Positions 20,008-30,913 of a DNA stretch of 64,000 bases are shown piece by piece. The notes under the pieces were generated by a model. That model ran no database searches. It saw only the letters and a program-made list of their open reading frames with translations, and was not told where the DNA came from. The translations under genes and the position numbers were made by a program. The stretch is from Leptolyngbyaceae cyanobacterium bins.302 (lineage in GTDB: Bacteria > Cyanobacteriota > Cyanobacteriia > Leptolyngbyales > Leptolyngbyaceae), in contig JANRIN010000137.1 of the NCBI GenBank assembly GCA_033764965.1, forward strand, positions 6,212 to 70,211, in the 5' to 3' direction. How positions within the stretch are numbered: the first letter of the stretch is position 1; each line of letters starts with the position of its first letter.

Positions 20008-21606
20008 CTAACGCTGAATTTCAAAGAATGTATTGAACACCACGGAGACCGATTGCCCCTGCTGCACAACCATCAACTTGGGGCGGGAGTATTGCTGCTC
20101 GGTAATGGTGTCAGCCCGCTTTCGCAGGCGATCGGCGGTCACGCCAAAAAATCCTTCCAGGGCAGCACCCAAAATGTTAGGACTGCGGCGCTTGCGACTA
20201 AAGGCTTGTCCATTGCTAAAGGGGGCATCGAAGCTGGAGAAACTTTCCTCATCCGGTTGGTTGAGCAATTCTCCAACTTTTCCCAACGCATTTAAACCAC
20301 CCACTAGCAAATCCTGTCCCGCCACAATTCCGGCTCCATCCTCAAAAGCTTGAGCAATCAATGGTTCATTCTGTGCCCCTCGAACCAGCAAGCTATTTGC
20401 CGGGACTTGTTGTTGCCGCGTATTGCCTCCCCAGTCTTTGTAGACGATCGCAACTGCACTTTGATCCACATGACCTGTAAACTGTTCGACCCTGTTCACC
20501 TCGGTAATCAAAAGCGTGCCTTTGGGCAAGGCTATCCGTCCATCGGTGGCAATCACATCTTCGGTTAGTTCAACGGTGAAACGTCCCAAACCTGGCTTCG
20601 TTTCCTCCGATGCCAGCATCGGGACAACGACAGTTGCAGGAACGGTCGTGCCAATCGCCACCTGCATTGGCTCACTATCGAGCGATCGCTCATTCAAAAT
20701 CCGCTGTTGGGTAGCGTTATTGCTCGGTGCGATCAATCGTCTGGAGGCAAGCTGGACGGAATTGTTTAGCGCCGGGAGTTCAAGGATTTCATCAGTCGAG
20801 AAATCGCTACTTGATTGCTGGACTGGATTAATCTTCGGCTCAAATCCAATCCGCACCGTTGGAATCACACCCGAACCTGTCGCTGCCTCCACAATTTGCT
20901 GAGTAGTAGCGGCTGAGGGAATTGAGCTATCGGCTGTTTGAACCGACTCCTCCGTATTGTCGGTTTGTTGCTGTCCCAGTTGCGCTAATTGATTCCAGCG
21001 GGCAAAGGGGTCGATGAGTTCAGCTTTTGGGAGCAGTTGTGTTGTACGAACCACAGGTACAGGGCGCTCTCTCGGTGGGCTAAATCGCTCAATCACACGC
21101 GGTTCTGGCGGTTCAGATCGGATGACGCGCCGTGGCTCTCGCCGTTCTCGCCGCTCTCGCTCCTGTCGCTTGACGGGGGTTGACTTAGATTTGGGTTCTG
21201 CCCCCTCAGCTTTCACCTGCTGTTGCTGGAACGCCAACTGGCTTTTGAGCTCGGCTGAGTCATCTGGACTCAACGTGGGGACAGGAGTGGGAGCGGTAGC
21301 AACTTCTGGAACCCTTTTGGAGGACGGTGCCAGTAGTCCAAACCAGATGCCAGTGCCAGCTAGAAACAGTAACCCAACAGGCAGAGCTACAGCCGCCATT
21401 CGGGGAAACGGCGACTCATGCACCGGGCGCGTATCGCCACCCTCCTGTTCCTGTACCAGTCGATACTCGGTTTCCAGTAGTTGCTCCGGTTGCTCTGGCT
21501 GGTAGCCTGCCAGTCGTGCGGCTTCATCTGGATCGATGGTGGTTGGCGGTGGAGTGGGGGAAGTCGCTGAGGTAGCTTGGGAAGAATGGTGTCCGTTTTC
21601 AGGCAT
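20008..21606 (-). CDS. TrbI/VirB10-like T4SS core protein
   Basis: Single N-terminal TM helix, long Pro/charged linker, C-terminal beta domain (VAIGTTVPATV, ALPKGTLL, VQQGQSVSVVFN). Confidence 0.75.
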   Translation of the reverse strand: MPENGHHSSQATSATSPTPPPTTIDPDEAARLAGYQPEQPEQLLETEYRLVQEQEGGDTRPVHESPFPRMAAVALPVGLLFLAGTGIWFGLLAPSSKRVPEVATAPTPVPTLSPDDSAELKSQLAFQQQQVKAEGAEPKSKSTPVKRQERERRERREPRRVIRSEPPEPRVIERFSPPRERPVPVVRTTQLLPKAELIDPFARWNQLAQLGQQQTDNTEESVQTADSSIPSAATTQQIVEAATGSGVIPTVRIGFEPKINPVQQSSSDFSTDEILELPALNNSVQLASRRLIAPSNNATQQRILNERSLDSEPMQVAIGTTVPATVVVPMLASEETKPGLGRFTVELTEDVIATDGRIALPKGTLLITEVNRVEQFTGHVDQSAVAIVYKDWGGNTRQQQVPANSLLVRGAQNEPLIAQAFEDGAGIVAGQDLLVGGLNALGKVGELLNQPDEESFSSFDAPFSNGQAFSRKRRSPNILGAALEGFFGVTADRLRKRADTITEQQYSRPKLMVVQQGQSVSVVFNTFFEIQR

Positions 21607-21621
21607 GGTTTCAGGTTCAAT

Positions 21622-22374
21622 CTAAGGTTGGCTAGAGGGGGTGAATGGCTCAAGTTTGCTGATCTCTAATCCAGCTTCTCGGAGGCTGTAGACGGCTTTT
21701 TCAACCTCCAGGGCATTCTTACCGAGCGGGGATTTGGGAATATCGACGGCTTCGAGAGTAAAGGTGCGGTTGAAGGGAATTTCTTCTTCGCCCTGCTGAC
21801 TGACGATCGTGCGAGTGGCAATCATGTCTACCTGATATTTGCCAGGAGCGACCGTTCGAGGTTCGGACAAGTATTTGACTAAAAGAACCGATCGCACTTC
21901 ACCACTAAACACACCACCCGGTGTCAGTTCTGAGATCGCCTTTCTTGACTCTTCCCGAAAACTGCTGGTCTCTGACTCTTTGGCTTTGCCCTGCAACAGG
22001 TAGGAAGCGAGATAGGCAGTCGTGGTCAGACGGTTACGACCCACTTTGTAGCCCTTATCCGGTTCAGGCGTACCGGGTAGCTTACTTTCCCAGTTCCAGG
22101 TCAGCATTGCCCAGTTGCGTGCCACGTTTTTGATCACATCTGATGTGCGATACGTACCCTCTTCTTCTGTCATGACTGAGGCACTGCCATTCGTCAGTTG
22201 CACAAAGGTGGTCTTCCGGGCAGCGAGATGATTGATGCGGGCGGCTAGAAACAGGATGAAGAGCGTTTGCAGGGCAACAAAAATCGTCAGCCCCAGGAAG
22301 CTCATGGGCAAGAGGTTTTTGCTCTCCGGCAACAGTGTGGGTTGAAAGCGGCGAATTTTCTGCATAGCGTTCAT
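21622..22374 (-). CDS. VirB8-like T4SS inner-membrane protein
   Basis: N-terminal TM followed by a periplasmic alpha/beta domain; first gene of the divergent T4SS arm. Confidence 0.55.
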   Translation of the reverse strand: MNAMQKIRRFQPTLLPESKNLLPMSFLGLTIFVALQTLFILFLAARINHLAARKTTFVQLTNGSASVMTEEEGTYRTSDVIKNVARNWAMLTWNWESKLPGTPEPDKGYKVGRNRLTTTAYLASYLLQGKAKESETSSFREESRKAISELTPGGVFSGEVRSVLLVKYLSEPRTVAPGKYQVDMIATRTIVSQQGEEEIPFNRTFTLEAVDIPKSPLGKNALEVEKAVYSLREAGLEISKLEPFTPSSQP

Positions 22375-22694
22375 TTAGGACATCTGACGTTCCATTGTTT
22401 GCCGTCTGAGCAAGGGCGACATCGGAGCAATGGCAGGTTTTGAATTGGGTTCCAACGAGATGGAGAAATTTAGAGCAATAAATACTGTAATTTCTCCCAG
22501 GTGGCATAGCCTGATTAGGAAACTACCAATCATACCCACGATTAAACAAAGCTCTCAAATGCTTCTACGCCAACGCCTACAGCATCCTATCACCTGGTTG
22601 ATAGATTGGTTTTAAGTCTAAATTTAGGGTGAAAAAACTGGGCTAATTGGGAGATCACAATTGAGGAACGGTGATTCAAGATAAAGGCTAATTC

Positions 22695-23315
22695 GTGTTC
22701 TTCATGTCCTTCATTGCGAGTCTTTTTCTGATGCTGATGCACAAATTTCACTCCAATCGTTCCACTTTCGCTTTTGCTAAATTGAGTGCTGCACTGGGTC
22801 TAAAGCCACAAGATACTCCCTGGATTGCTTCTATCACTGCAATGGCAGGCTGGTTCTTTTATCGTCATCCGGTTCTGTCCTTTCCAATCGCGATCGGCGT
22901 TGCATTCACAGTGTTGGTTATGTTCCTGGACAAACAACTCCAGGTATTTAATCGCTTCACTAAACTGAGATTACGACCCTGGTACATTCTGGTTCCATTC
23001 GCGGTGATCGCCTTCATCCTCAACACCCTGCAACCGGCTCACGCCATTTTCCTCAGTGGGTTGCAGGAATTTATTGCTGAAATCGCTACAGAGAGTGCGG
23101 CAGGCGGTGAGGGGGTTTCAGAAGACACGATCGAGCTGGTGTTCAACATCATCCGTGCCATTTTCTTACTGCTGGTGGCGGTCGCTGCTCTGTTTGCCTA
23201 CAACCAGGCACAGCAGGGAAATGACTGGCGACCGATCGCGGGTCAGATTGCCCTCGCTTTTGGCGTGGTGCTGGGGCTGGATGTGATCACCGCTCTGTTT
23301 GTGCAAGAAGCCTGA
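22695..23315 (+). CDS. VirB2/TrbC-like pilin precursor
   Basis: Hydrophobic leader ending PAHA|IF, then two hydrophobic helices flanking NQAQQGNDWRP; directly before the VirB3/VirB4-like genes. Confidence 0.55.
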   Translation: MFFMSFIASLFLMLMHKFHSNRSTFAFAKLSAALGLKPQDTPWIASITAMAGWFFYRHPVLSFPIAIGVAFTVLVMFLDKQLQVFNRFTKLRLRPWYILVPFAVIAFILNTLQPAHAIFLSGLQEFIAEIATESAAGGEGVSEDTIELVFNIIRAIFLLLVAVAALFAYNQAQQGNDWRPIAGQIALAFGVVLGLDVITALFVQEA

Positions 23316-23369
23316 AGCCTCGTCTTCGTTGCGTCTGATGCTGATTTGATTGTTGTTTGTGTTGAAACT

Positions 23370-23708
23370 ATGGCACTCCGAGATCCTGACAAAGACTTTA
23401 TCAAAGTCAACAAAGCTCTGGGTAAAGTTCCCAGCATTGGACCGATTCCAGCGAATCAACTGGTGCCCTGGGCGTGCATCTTCTTCCTCTCCTGGATCGT
23501 GATGCAAGAACTGCTGGGTCTCGGATTGTTTGCCTTCTTCGCCCTCTCGTTCTGGCTGATCGTCAGCTTTTGGTTGCTCACAGGCAATCGGTCTTACGAC
23601 TTTACAGATCGGCTCAAGAATCCACCTGGAAGCGATTGGACGGTGGGCTATCGCTCTTACCGATCGCTGCTTCAGCCAACAAAACAGCCACGCCCTCAAC
23701 GCCGATAA
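23370..23708 (+). CDS. VirB3-like membrane protein
   Basis: Small two-TM protein (VNKALGKVPSIGPIPA...W.LLTG) directly upstream of VirB4; ATG at 23370 preferred. Confidence 0.6.
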   Translation: MALRDPDKDFIKVNKALGKVPSIGPIPANQLVPWACIFFLSWIVMQELLGLGLFAFFALSFWLIVSFWLLTGNRSYDFTDRLKNPPGSDWTVGYRSYRSLLQPTKQPRPQRR

Positions 23709-23729
23709 GCCCCTTCTGCTTAAACACCT

Positions 23730-26618
23730 ATGAACCGGAAACCTCTGCCCACAACCGTTGTGACCGACCAGTTGGGTCAGCGTCATGTCCTGCATCCATT
23801 TGAAAATCAACTTGACCTCTGCTGCATGGCGCGGTTGCTCAAAGACAATCGGGAGGTGGGTGCTTACCTACTCAATCGCGGCAATTCCTGGCAACTTGTG
23901 TTTGGCTTCCGGCTACGGGGGCTGCACACCCACCTGACTCGCGAGGAACTGATGTCCATCAGTACTCAACTGGAAGAGGCGATGAAAGACTGTCCAACCG
24001 GGGAGTCCCTGCGCTTCTACCTCAGTTGTTTTGCGGAAGACACCGATCGTCAGCAAGAATTGGACTCGTTAGTGAATCAGACCGCATCCTCTCTGGCACG
24101 GGTACTGGGGCGGTCTGAGCAAGCACGGGTACAGCAACTCACCCAATCGGGAATGCGACGACAGTGGGAGTCTCTGGTGTTTTGCACCTACACCATCGAC
24201 GAATCGGGTCAGCCGCAGTGGGGCGATGTGATCAGCAAACTGACCCGCACGCTGATGTCTGGAGTACAAAACTTTTCAGACTGGCTACGAGGCGCGGAAC
24301 GGGAGTCACATAAACGGTTTCTGGTACAGGTCTTTGCTCAAGCCTGGGAGTCGTTTCAAACCTGGGAATTGTTGCTGGATGCCAAAGCAGGGCTAGAGGT
24401 GTCACCCCTGACTGCTCAGGATCTCTGGCAGTGGATCTGGTTGCGGTTCAATCGAGTTGCAGCCCCTCCCCTGCCTCAGTGCTTAACCTGGCAGGATTCC
24501 CCCGAAGGTACTGAGTTGGTGGAAGCCACCACCACAAGTCGTCACTCTACGACAGTCTTGATTGGAGGTAGGGATGGACAATCTGCCTGTCCAGAGCATC
24601 GGCAGAATCGCTCCTGCGTCTGGGTCAACCGACGAGTCGGTGGACTGCTAATGATGCAGGAGCCACCAGAGGGTTGGCTCAACACTCGCGCTCAACTGTC
24701 TGCCCTGTGGAAGGTGTTGTCCCATTCGGGAGTACGCGATACGGAAGTGCTGGTGGAAATCAATCCCGCCAGTCGGGTTCTGATTCAGGACAACCTGGCA
24801 CGCACTGCCCGCCAATCTCGCACCTCTTCAACCCGTGCCTTGCAGAAAGGGCAGGGGCGGGATGTCGGGGCGGAAGTGAAGGCGGAGGAGTCGTTTGAGG
24901 CACAGCGCAAACTCTACAAGGGGTCAGTGGCATTGCATTGTTCAGTCGTGCTGACCGTGTGGCGCAATACCACTGACGAGTTGGATAGTGCCTGTGACCT
25001 GCTGGCAAAGAGTTTTGGCTCTGCCAGTGTGGTGCGAGTGCGGCATGTTGCCTGGGAGGTCTGGCTGCAAAGTTTACCAATCACGCTCCGGCGGCTGATG
25101 CAGTTCAATTCGCCCCTCGACCTGGAAGACCGTCGCCTCACCCTCGACAACGAGACGGTGATGGGAGTGCTGCCGCTGATGCTACCTCGATCGCTTGACG
25201 CTGGAGGGGTAGAATTCGTGACGATGGCAGGCGGCAGACCACTTCACCTCGATCTGTTTGAGCGGCAAACCGTCCACGCCTTGCTCACCGGGCAAACGGG
25301 TTCAGGGAAGTCGGTGTTGCTAGCACAGTTCATTTACCGGGCATTGCTGTGCAATATCCCGGTCACTGGAATGGATATGCCAACTGCAGCGGGAGAATCG
25401 ACGTTCAAAACGCTGGTGGAAGCCTTGGGAGCAGAGCTTGGAGCTTATGTAGACATTCGCTCTAAACGAGACAACCTACTGCAACCGCCCGATCTGAGGG
25501 CATTTGACGACTCCGAGTTTGAGTCGCGCCTCAAGTCCTGGAAAAGTTTTGTGCGGAAGGCGCTCAACACGCTGGTCATGGGCAAGCTGCATAGTCCCCA
25601 CCTAGCACAGCGAGTCGATGACATCTTGCTGCAAGCCTTGGAGGTGTTTCTAGAAGATGGGGACATGATCGAGCGGTACAATCTGGCATTCCAATTCGGT
25701 TGGCGATCGCCCCAGTGGCAGCAGATACCCACACTGCACGATTTCATCCGCTACGTCTCGAAAGAACGGTTACAGCTCACGTCCTACGAAGCGATCGATG
25801 CTCAGGCAATTAACCAGATCCGCTCTCGCCTCCAAGCGGTGCTGGCTTCTCCCCTGGGTGATGTCCTCGGTCGTCCCAGCAACATTTCACCGGAACCCCT
25901 GATGAAGTTCTTTGCGCTCACCGGACTGGACAACGACTTTGATGCCCTGGTGCTGTCGATCGTCGCCTATGGAGCCTGCATTCGCACCGCCCTCTCCTAC
26001 CCCAAAAGTCTGTTTGTCGGGGATGAGTTGTCTACCCTGTTCAAAAAAGATGGCTTTGCCAACGTCGTGGGGGAACTGTGTGCTACGGCTCGGAAGGACG
26101 GGATCTCGATTCTGCTCTCCTCACAAGACCCCGATACGATTGCCACTTGTTCGGCGGGTTCCATGATTATGCAGAACTTGACCTACCGCCTGACCGGACG
26201 ATTAACCGCCAATGCCTGTGCGTCGTTCCATCGCTACCTCGGCTACCCGATGGAGGTAATTGTCGAAAATGCCTCCGAGAAGTTTTTGCCGCGTCGCTCC
26301 AACCTGTCCTCTTGCTGGTTGATCGAGCGATCCGGGCAGTTTTGGAGCGTCTTCTACAGTCCAGCAGAAATGCTCCTGGCAACCGTTGCCAGCGGGGAAG
26401 GCGAACGCGCGGCACGGGCAAGGGTTTTAGCACAGTATCCCGACACAGAGGTAGGACGGATCGAAGGACTGGCAGCGTTTACGCCCCTGTACATTGCAGC
26501 ACTGAAGGAGGGGAGCGGCTTCGACCAGATTGCGGCATCAACTCAGCCGCACTGGCAACATTCAATCTCATCAGAACAATCATCAGAGTCTCATCAACCC
26601 CTGATCCAGGTTCGTTAG
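23730..26618 (+). CDS. virB4: VirB4-family conjugative ATPase
   Basis: 962 aa; Walker A GQTGSGKS, Walker B FVGDE, ARKDGISILLSSQ. Confidence 0.85.
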   Translation: MNRKPLPTTVVTDQLGQRHVLHPFENQLDLCCMARLLKDNREVGAYLLNRGNSWQLVFGFRLRGLHTHLTREELMSISTQLEEAMKDCPTGESLRFYLSCFAEDTDRQQELDSLVNQTASSLARVLGRSEQARVQQLTQSGMRRQWESLVFCTYTIDESGQPQWGDVISKLTRTLMSGVQNFSDWLRGAERESHKRFLVQVFAQAWESFQTWELLLDAKAGLEVSPLTAQDLWQWIWLRFNRVAAPPLPQCLTWQDSPEGTELVEATTTSRHSTTVLIGGRDGQSACPEHRQNRSCVWVNRRVGGLLMMQEPPEGWLNTRAQLSALWKVLSHSGVRDTEVLVEINPASRVLIQDNLARTARQSRTSSTRALQKGQGRDVGAEVKAEESFEAQRKLYKGSVALHCSVVLTVWRNTTDELDSACDLLAKSFGSASVVRVRHVAWEVWLQSLPITLRRLMQFNSPLDLEDRRLTLDNETVMGVLPLMLPRSLDAGGVEFVTMAGGRPLHLDLFERQTVHALLTGQTGSGKSVLLAQFIYRALLCNIPVTGMDMPTAAGESTFKTLVEALGAELGAYVDIRSKRDNLLQPPDLRAFDDSEFESRLKSWKSFVRKALNTLVMGKLHSPHLAQRVDDILLQALEVFLEDGDMIERYNLAFQFGWRSPQWQQIPTLHDFIRYVSKERLQLTSYEAIDAQAINQIRSRLQAVLASPLGDVLGRPSNISPEPLMKFFALTGLDNDFDALVLSIVAYGACIRTALSYPKSLFVGDELSTLFKKDGFANVVGELCATARKDGISILLSSQDPDTIATCSAGSMIMQNLTYRLTGRLTANACASFHRYLGYPMEVIVENASEKFLPRRSNLSSCWLIERSGQFWSVFYSPAEMLLATVASGEGERAARARVLAQYPDTEVGRIEGLAAFTPLYIAALKEGSGFDQIAASTQPHWQHSISSEQSSESHQPLIQVR

Positions 26619-26643
26619 TTCAACTTATTACAAAGGAAAAATC

Positions 26644-27639
26644 ATGTATCGGTCATTCATTTGGAAACTGTTGTTGATATCCCCGATCGCCGCAGGAGTG
26701 ATCACATTAAAACATCCCAATCCGGCATGGGCACAGTACACCGATGCCACTGGACTACCTGTGAGTACAGGAGGTTTCGCGGGTCCAATTAACTCGGATC
26801 GTCCACTCGATGGAATCAACAGTTCGACTGCAACCGTGCCTGATTCTGTGCAGTCGGGCGTTCAAACGGTTACTTCCGTGTTGGACAGCGTAGGACTTGG
26901 CAATATTTCATCAGAAATTCGTTCGGTGTTTGCGCGAGTCTCAGGCTGGTTTAATCTAGGTGCAATCTTTGGTTCAGAGGGAGCGATCGCGCAGGTGCTA
27001 CAGGGCAATCTATCAGCGTTAGAGATACCGGACACCTCCAAAACTGCCGCGACAATTTTTCAAGATGGCAATGTGGGCGAGTCCTCCACCTTAGCCACCC
27101 GTTTAGAGTCCAAAACTTCCCAACCCAGTTTTGGCGTTAAAGCGGATCTGAACCATAGTTCCGATCGAGATACCGCACGCGGCATTGCCTACAGTTCTGC
27201 GATGGGGGAAGCGGCACAAACTGGAGGCGCACAACGACTGCAATCTGTCAGCAACGCGGCAGCCATCAACACGCAGTTAGGGCAGGAGTCTCAGACGTTG
27301 GATGTGACACAGCAAATCATGCAGAACCTCTCCGGGCAGATGGCACAAGATGCCCAAATTCAGGTAGCACTGTACGGTGAAGCGCATCAGGCACGGATCG
27401 ATCGAGCAAACGGGTTGATTCTGCAAACTCAGATGGCGGAACTGTTGAATGGAAACAATGCGTCCGAGAGACGAGCAGAGATCGCTGCCAATCGAGCGGT
27501 GGGGCGGGGTGCAGCCTTTCTCAACTTACCCGGTGGCAAGGTGTTGGATGGTAGCAGTACCAGTTCCATTTCAGGAGCCATTCGAGCGGCACAGGAGACA
27601 ATTACTCCGTCCAACTTGCAGCGGGCGTTGGGTGAGTAG
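26644..27639 (+). CDS. VirB5/TrbJ-like exported T4SS protein
   Basis: Signal peptide ending PAWA, helical C-terminus (LDVTQQIMQNLS); located between VirB4 and the VirB6-like gene. Confidence 0.5.
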   Translation: MYRSFIWKLLLISPIAAGVITLKHPNPAWAQYTDATGLPVSTGGFAGPINSDRPLDGINSSTATVPDSVQSGVQTVTSVLDSVGLGNISSEIRSVFARVSGWFNLGAIFGSEGAIAQVLQGNLSALEIPDTSKTAATIFQDGNVGESSTLATRLESKTSQPSFGVKADLNHSSDRDTARGIAYSSAMGEAAQTGGAQRLQSVSNAAAINTQLGQESQTLDVTQQIMQNLSGQMAQDAQIQVALYGEAHQARIDRANGLILQTQMAELLNGNNASERRAEIAANRAVGRGAAFLNLPGGKVLDGSSTSSISGAIRAAQETITPSNLQRALGE

Positions 27640-27644
27640 GAGCG

Positions 27645-28778
27645 ATGGAAATGTTCAATTCACTGGTACTTGCCCAAGCCGGGGCTGATTCTGCCTTTAA
27701 TGTGATCACCCAGACGATCGACCTGAGCCGCAGCACTGCCGAAGCCTGGAACCGGGTCTGGGTGGAGATTTTTCGCCAGAACATCGCGACTGGAGAAGCG
27801 GGATTGTGGATTGCCCTGGTGCGGTTTTCATTGACGCTGGCAGCTATTTGCATTCTATTTCTGGCAATTAAGGATGGGAAGAACATTGTCTCCCGTCAAT
27901 CCTGGTCAGATTTGGGGGCGATCTTTGTTTGGCCTCTGATCGTGATTCTGTTTCTCAGTGGAGACGGCAACCTGTTGTCCAATACGGTGTTGTTCATTCG
28001 CAATTTCTCAACGGCTCAGGTGCGACAAGTGCTGGAAATTCAGGTGGGGGATCTGACATTTGAACGGGCGATCGCCAACACATCTCTAACGCAATCGGCA
28101 CGCTCTCAAATTGATGCAATTTACCTGGAATGTCGGGACAAGACCGGGGATGCTCTGGTGCGCTGCTGGAACGATCCGGCAAAGCAAACGGCAGCCCAAC
28201 AGATTGTGGCAGATGCAGAGCGGGCAAACGGTGGGAATGGCTTGCAGGTGTTGCGAGACTACCTGTCAAACCTGAACTCCCTTGTCAATCCAGTCGGGTC
28301 ATTTGTTGGGCAGGGACTGAGTGGCACCCTGTTTGATCCGCTGTCTGCCCCCCTGCAAAAGCTGGCAGAACTCATTCTCTGGGGCTTGACCTGGGCGTTT
28401 CTCAATGCCTTGGAAGCGGCGCTGTTGCTGACTGGCATCTTTGCACCGATCGCGATGGCACTGAGCATCATTCCAATGGAGCCAAAACCCGTCTGGACAT
28501 GGCTGATTGGGTTTGCGTCTCTGTACTCGATGCAACTCGGATGGAATTTGTTAGTCGGGGTTATGTCAACGGTGCTGGTAATCGCTGGGGCACAGACGAT
28601 CGCTGACCTGGCATTTCCGCTTTTCATTGCCATTTTTGCGCCCCTGATTGTCACTGCCCTGTCGTTCCGGGGTGGAGTGGCAATCTACAGCGCCATCAGT
28701 AACGCCTCGAGTGCCATCCTCAATGCCGTGTCCAACTTCACGGGGGCGCTGACCACCATTCTGGTTAGAGGCGTTTAG
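27645..28778 (+). CDS. VirB6/TrbL-like polytopic T4SS membrane protein
   Basis: Several TM helices with a central periplasmic loop (two Cys) and a FAPIAMALS motif. Confidence 0.7.
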   Translation: MEMFNSLVLAQAGADSAFNVITQTIDLSRSTAEAWNRVWVEIFRQNIATGEAGLWIALVRFSLTLAAICILFLAIKDGKNIVSRQSWSDLGAIFVWPLIVILFLSGDGNLLSNTVLFIRNFSTAQVRQVLEIQVGDLTFERAIANTSLTQSARSQIDAIYLECRDKTGDALVRCWNDPAKQTAAQQIVADAERANGGNGLQVLRDYLSNLNSLVNPVGSFVGQGLSGTLFDPLSAPLQKLAELILWGLTWAFLNALEAALLLTGIFAPIAMALSIIPMEPKPVWTWLIGFASLYSMQLGWNLLVGVMSTVLVIAGAQTIADLAFPLFIAIFAPLIVTALSFRGGVAIYSAISNASSAILNAVSNFTGALTTILVRGV

Positions 28779-28793
28779 GGTCAGCAAAAGTAA

Positions 28794-30893
28794 TTGAACA
28801 GGAGGACTGGGGTGATGGCAAGTAGAACCGGAGGTCGAAGTCGGGCAGCCGCACGGGGCTGGCAAAACCTGACGAATCCGAAAAAGTTGGCGACGATCTA
28901 CAAAACGTTGAAGGAGGCGATCGCGGCAGCACCCCAAGATGGTTCCTTGCAGTCGTGGCAGGATGTCAAAGCGTATATCGAAGAGTTTTCGCAGATTGAC
29001 AGTTCGCAGCAAGTTCCGATCCGTATGGATCTGGTGGAAAACAATGGCATGGTGGGCGGCTTTCGGTTCTACTATGCTGATGAGCCATCAGAGCGCACCA
29101 GCGGTAAGCATTTGATTGCCAACCTGAAAGAGGCGGGTGCCAATCCCAAACTGCCGGACAACTCCTTTACACCCTCCGTTCTAGCGGCAGCACTGGGATT
29201 AGACACGCAACTTGACTTAGACGAATCGGCAGGTGTGCCTCCTCTGAATCTTGACCTGGGTGAAACAGCGGATTGGAATGACAACGATGGAACGGATGAC
29301 GCAGACTTACGAGAAGAAGCATTGGTCGATCGTCGTTCCTCTCGTACTGTCCAATCTTCAGGCATCCCATCGCTTGCCATGCCTGCACCGCAACGAGAGG
29401 AGGACGATTTTGGTTTGATCGACCAGGCGATCGTGGTGGAAGGGATACCTACAACCGTAGGGCAGAGGCAGGAGCGATCGTCTTCCGGGCGGTCTTCTGA
29501 CACTCAAGGGCGGCACTCTACTCAACCAAAAGCCAGAAACGGACGACTGGTACAGGAAATGTTGCTGGCAACCGATCAGGCAACGGCATCAGTGGCGGCG
29601 GGGGGTGGACCGACCGATGGCATGAATGTGATGGGAGCAACAGGGCGAATAGCCAACAGCGTAGCGGCATTCGGAGCATTGGCAGTCGGAGTGATGCACG
29701 GAGCAGTTCAGGATGCACGGCTGAAAGCCCGCTTGCAACGAGTAGCACGAGGGGCACATCAACAGGCGATGCGGATTGATGCTCTCGGTGAGCGGGCGGA
29801 GACGCTGCTAGATGAGTCAGATGTGCCTGAGACGGTGACATCATCTGCTGTTCAACCACTTCAACGTCAACCTCGATCGCCCCAGGCTGAACAACCGGAT
29901 GCACCTCTGGCAGAAGCAATGACGCTGATGGGTGAGCAGGTGAACCGGGTACAGCAAACGATCGACCCAGATCTGGAACCCCTGCAACCGATCCAGTTCA
30001 ATTCCAGGGCATCGATCGGAGAACGGCTCACAGCCTTAGAAGAGTACCTGGAGAAGTTATCCAAACGGCTAGATCGGTTGGAGCAATCCATGTCCCGGCT
30101 GGAAAAACAGATGGCGGCTCAATCTGAGCCATCAGTTCAAATGGGTGACGCAATCCAAGTTGCACAACGAGAGGCAAACCCTGAGCAACAGAACTGTGCG
30201 AATCACTTACACCGCTATACCTTGACTCTGGCGGCTGAAGGACATTCGATCAACACAACATCACTTTCTAACACAAAAACACTTCAGGTTGAATATGACG
30301 AAGCATCTGGAATCAATTTAAGAGTGACTGAATTAGATGAGGAAACGCTCAGCAACAAAGAACTATTTGCGGCAACCTTACCCCATTCGGAAATTGAGCA
30401 GGGCATCGGATTTGAACAATGGCAAGTTACTCAAGATGCCCTGTCACCGGAGGACAGAGGGGCAATTCTGGCACTGCCTCAAACCTCAGACCAATATCGT
30501 CAGCTTGCAACCGCTCAAAGTTTGGTGGAGCAATTCGTGCAGCGATCTCCAGAGGCATTTGCTGATCCCCAGTCCTCTGCCTTTGGTTGGGCAGAAGATG
30601 GACAGGTGAAGTACGAGTTTGAGCGGGAAGGGATGCAGCCGGATAGATCGCGCCTGTTAGCTGGCTACGTCGCGAATACGAACGATCGGGTGTTCCTGTC
30701 ACGATTGGAACCAGATCGTCCGCCTGCAATTTTGGAGTGCCAGATTCCAACGGCTGAAATGGAGTCATTGTTAGAGGCTCAAAACCAGGAGACACAATCG
30801 ACGGGGCAGGCAGATCAGGGCGATCGCCCGGAACAAAACAGACGGCAACCGCAGCCCTCACCTCGTTCACGCCAACCCATGCCTCAGCTTTAA
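28794..30893 (+). CDS. Hypothetical protein with coiled coil and basic C-terminal tail
   Basis: 699-aa ORF tightly packed in the T4SS operon (ATG alternative near 28814). Heptad run RLTALEEYLEKLSKRLDRLEQSMSRLEKQM; ends RRQPQPSPRSRQPMPQL. Confidence 0.7.
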   Translation: MNRRTGVMASRTGGRSRAAARGWQNLTNPKKLATIYKTLKEAIAAAPQDGSLQSWQDVKAYIEEFSQIDSSQQVPIRMDLVENNGMVGGFRFYYADEPSERTSGKHLIANLKEAGANPKLPDNSFTPSVLAAALGLDTQLDLDESAGVPPLNLDLGETADWNDNDGTDDADLREEALVDRRSSRTVQSSGIPSLAMPAPQREEDDFGLIDQAIVVEGIPTTVGQRQERSSSGRSSDTQGRHSTQPKARNGRLVQEMLLATDQATASVAAGGGPTDGMNVMGATGRIANSVAAFGALAVGVMHGAVQDARLKARLQRVARGAHQQAMRIDALGERAETLLDESDVPETVTSSAVQPLQRQPRSPQAEQPDAPLAEAMTLMGEQVNRVQQTIDPDLEPLQPIQFNSRASIGERLTALEEYLEKLSKRLDRLEQSMSRLEKQMAAQSEPSVQMGDAIQVAQREANPEQQNCANHLHRYTLTLAAEGHSINTTSLSNTKTLQVEYDEASGINLRVTELDEETLSNKELFAATLPHSEIEQGIGFEQWQVTQDALSPEDRGAILALPQTSDQYRQLATAQSLVEQFVQRSPEAFADPQSSAFGWAEDGQVKYEFEREGMQPDRSRLLAGYVANTNDRVFLSRLEPDRPPAILECQIPTAEMESLLEAQNQETQSTGQADQGDRPEQNRRQPQPSPRSRQPMPQL

Positions 30894-30913
30894 CCTGGAA
30901 GTAGAACGGTGCG

